Made by a program: the position numbers and the translations under genes
NCBI GenBank assembly: GCA_013265495.1
Contig: MU058451.1
Span: 1,836,167-1,900,166, forward strand
DNA length: 64,000 bases
From: Vicugna vicugna
Taxonomy: Eukaryota
Direction: 5' to 3'
Notes under the pieces: generated by a model
The model's input: only the letters and a program-made list of their open reading frames with translations
What the model was told of the DNA's origin: nothing
Databases searched by the model: none
In this document: positions 63,171 to 64,000 of the stretch, in pieces
Position numbering within the stretch: the first letter of the stretch is position 1
How the letters are laid out: each line of letters starts with the position of its first letter

Positions 63171-64000
63171 CCGTAGTCTCTCCCTAAAGTCTGTGTCCTT
63201 GCTCAGATCATCAGGAAGCAATTGCTAACATTATGGCCTCCATGAAGGCAGAAGCTCTGAAATCCAGAGCCTGGGAAACCCCTGGGCTCTGCCTTCCCTT
63301 TGGTAGCCAGCTCTTCATTCAAGGGTCAGGTCCTCCTCTGCCTGATGATTAGGCCCCTGGCAAACACTCAAACCTCAGATACCAGTGGGGATTGCTTCCC
63401 CAGTCTCACAATCCAGCGGTCCAAAATGCGAAAGACTCGGGGTCATGGTCACGTTTTCCAGTCCATAATCAGTTGAACAAGGGCTCTTGAGGCGAACCAA
63501 GAAATGGTAGGATTTCCCAAGCCCGCTTTGGGGCGTTTGGTCACAGAACCTTCTGGAGCAGCTTTCTCTCCCTGGCAATTACATGGAGAGGCCAAAAGCC
63601 TTGGCTGTGACTTGTCAGAGCACCCCTTATATGCGTCTGTTACACCATGATCGCTCCCTGCATCTATTCACTTGGGCAGATTCAAAGGAATTCCTCACTG
63701 TCTGTCTGACCATGATTTTTGCATCTCGTGCCTCGGAAGTAATCCTTCTTTCCTCTTTCCTTTATTCAGGTTCTAAGGACCTTTTCCTTAAGGGTTAGAG
63801 CTTCACCTCTTCTGCTCCCAATTAGCCTCCTGCCCTTTTCTTTGCTCTACCTTCTTGTCACAGAGTAATGGCCATATTTCATAACCTTACTTGAGGATAT
63901 TGTGTGTCACTGTCTGCTTTGTATTTTTATTGTGTACTCACAGTTCCATAAATTAAATATGAGTGAGTGGTTATGGCCAAGAAAATCAATCTTTAAACAA

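Overview
AT-rich mammalian genomic DNA, intergenic or deep intronic. It is probably camelid, judging from a Vic-1-like tRNA SINE with a perfect TSD, cetartiodactyl-type L1 3' ends and a Tigger1-derived MITE. No intact host-gene exon could be identified. Most of the window is a layered record of transposons (L2, MIR, L1, MaLR/ERV LTRs, hAT and Tigger elements), several of them nested. The one protein-derived feature is an intronless, frameshifted, minus-strand copy of cTAGE5/MIA2 (ER-exit-site cargo-export factor) at about 11.3-13.74 kb. It runs from the start codon to the C-terminus and 3' UTR and is far more remodelled than a simple dead retrocopy: in-frame deletions, no transmembrane anchor, eroded proline-rich motifs and an exon-sized gap. 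It also has an ~0.85 kb GC-rich 5' extension with minus-strand splice signals and no visible poly(A) or TSD. This suggests a decayed member of a once-functional, fast-evolving cTAGE-like retrogene family (inference). Other points of interest are a 204-bp tandem duplication, a complex micro-duplication with an inverted templated insert, an L1 with an alternative 3' tail, and several repeat-free motif clusters that may be enhancers. Family names and parent-protein comparisons come from recalled consensus sequences, not from database searches.
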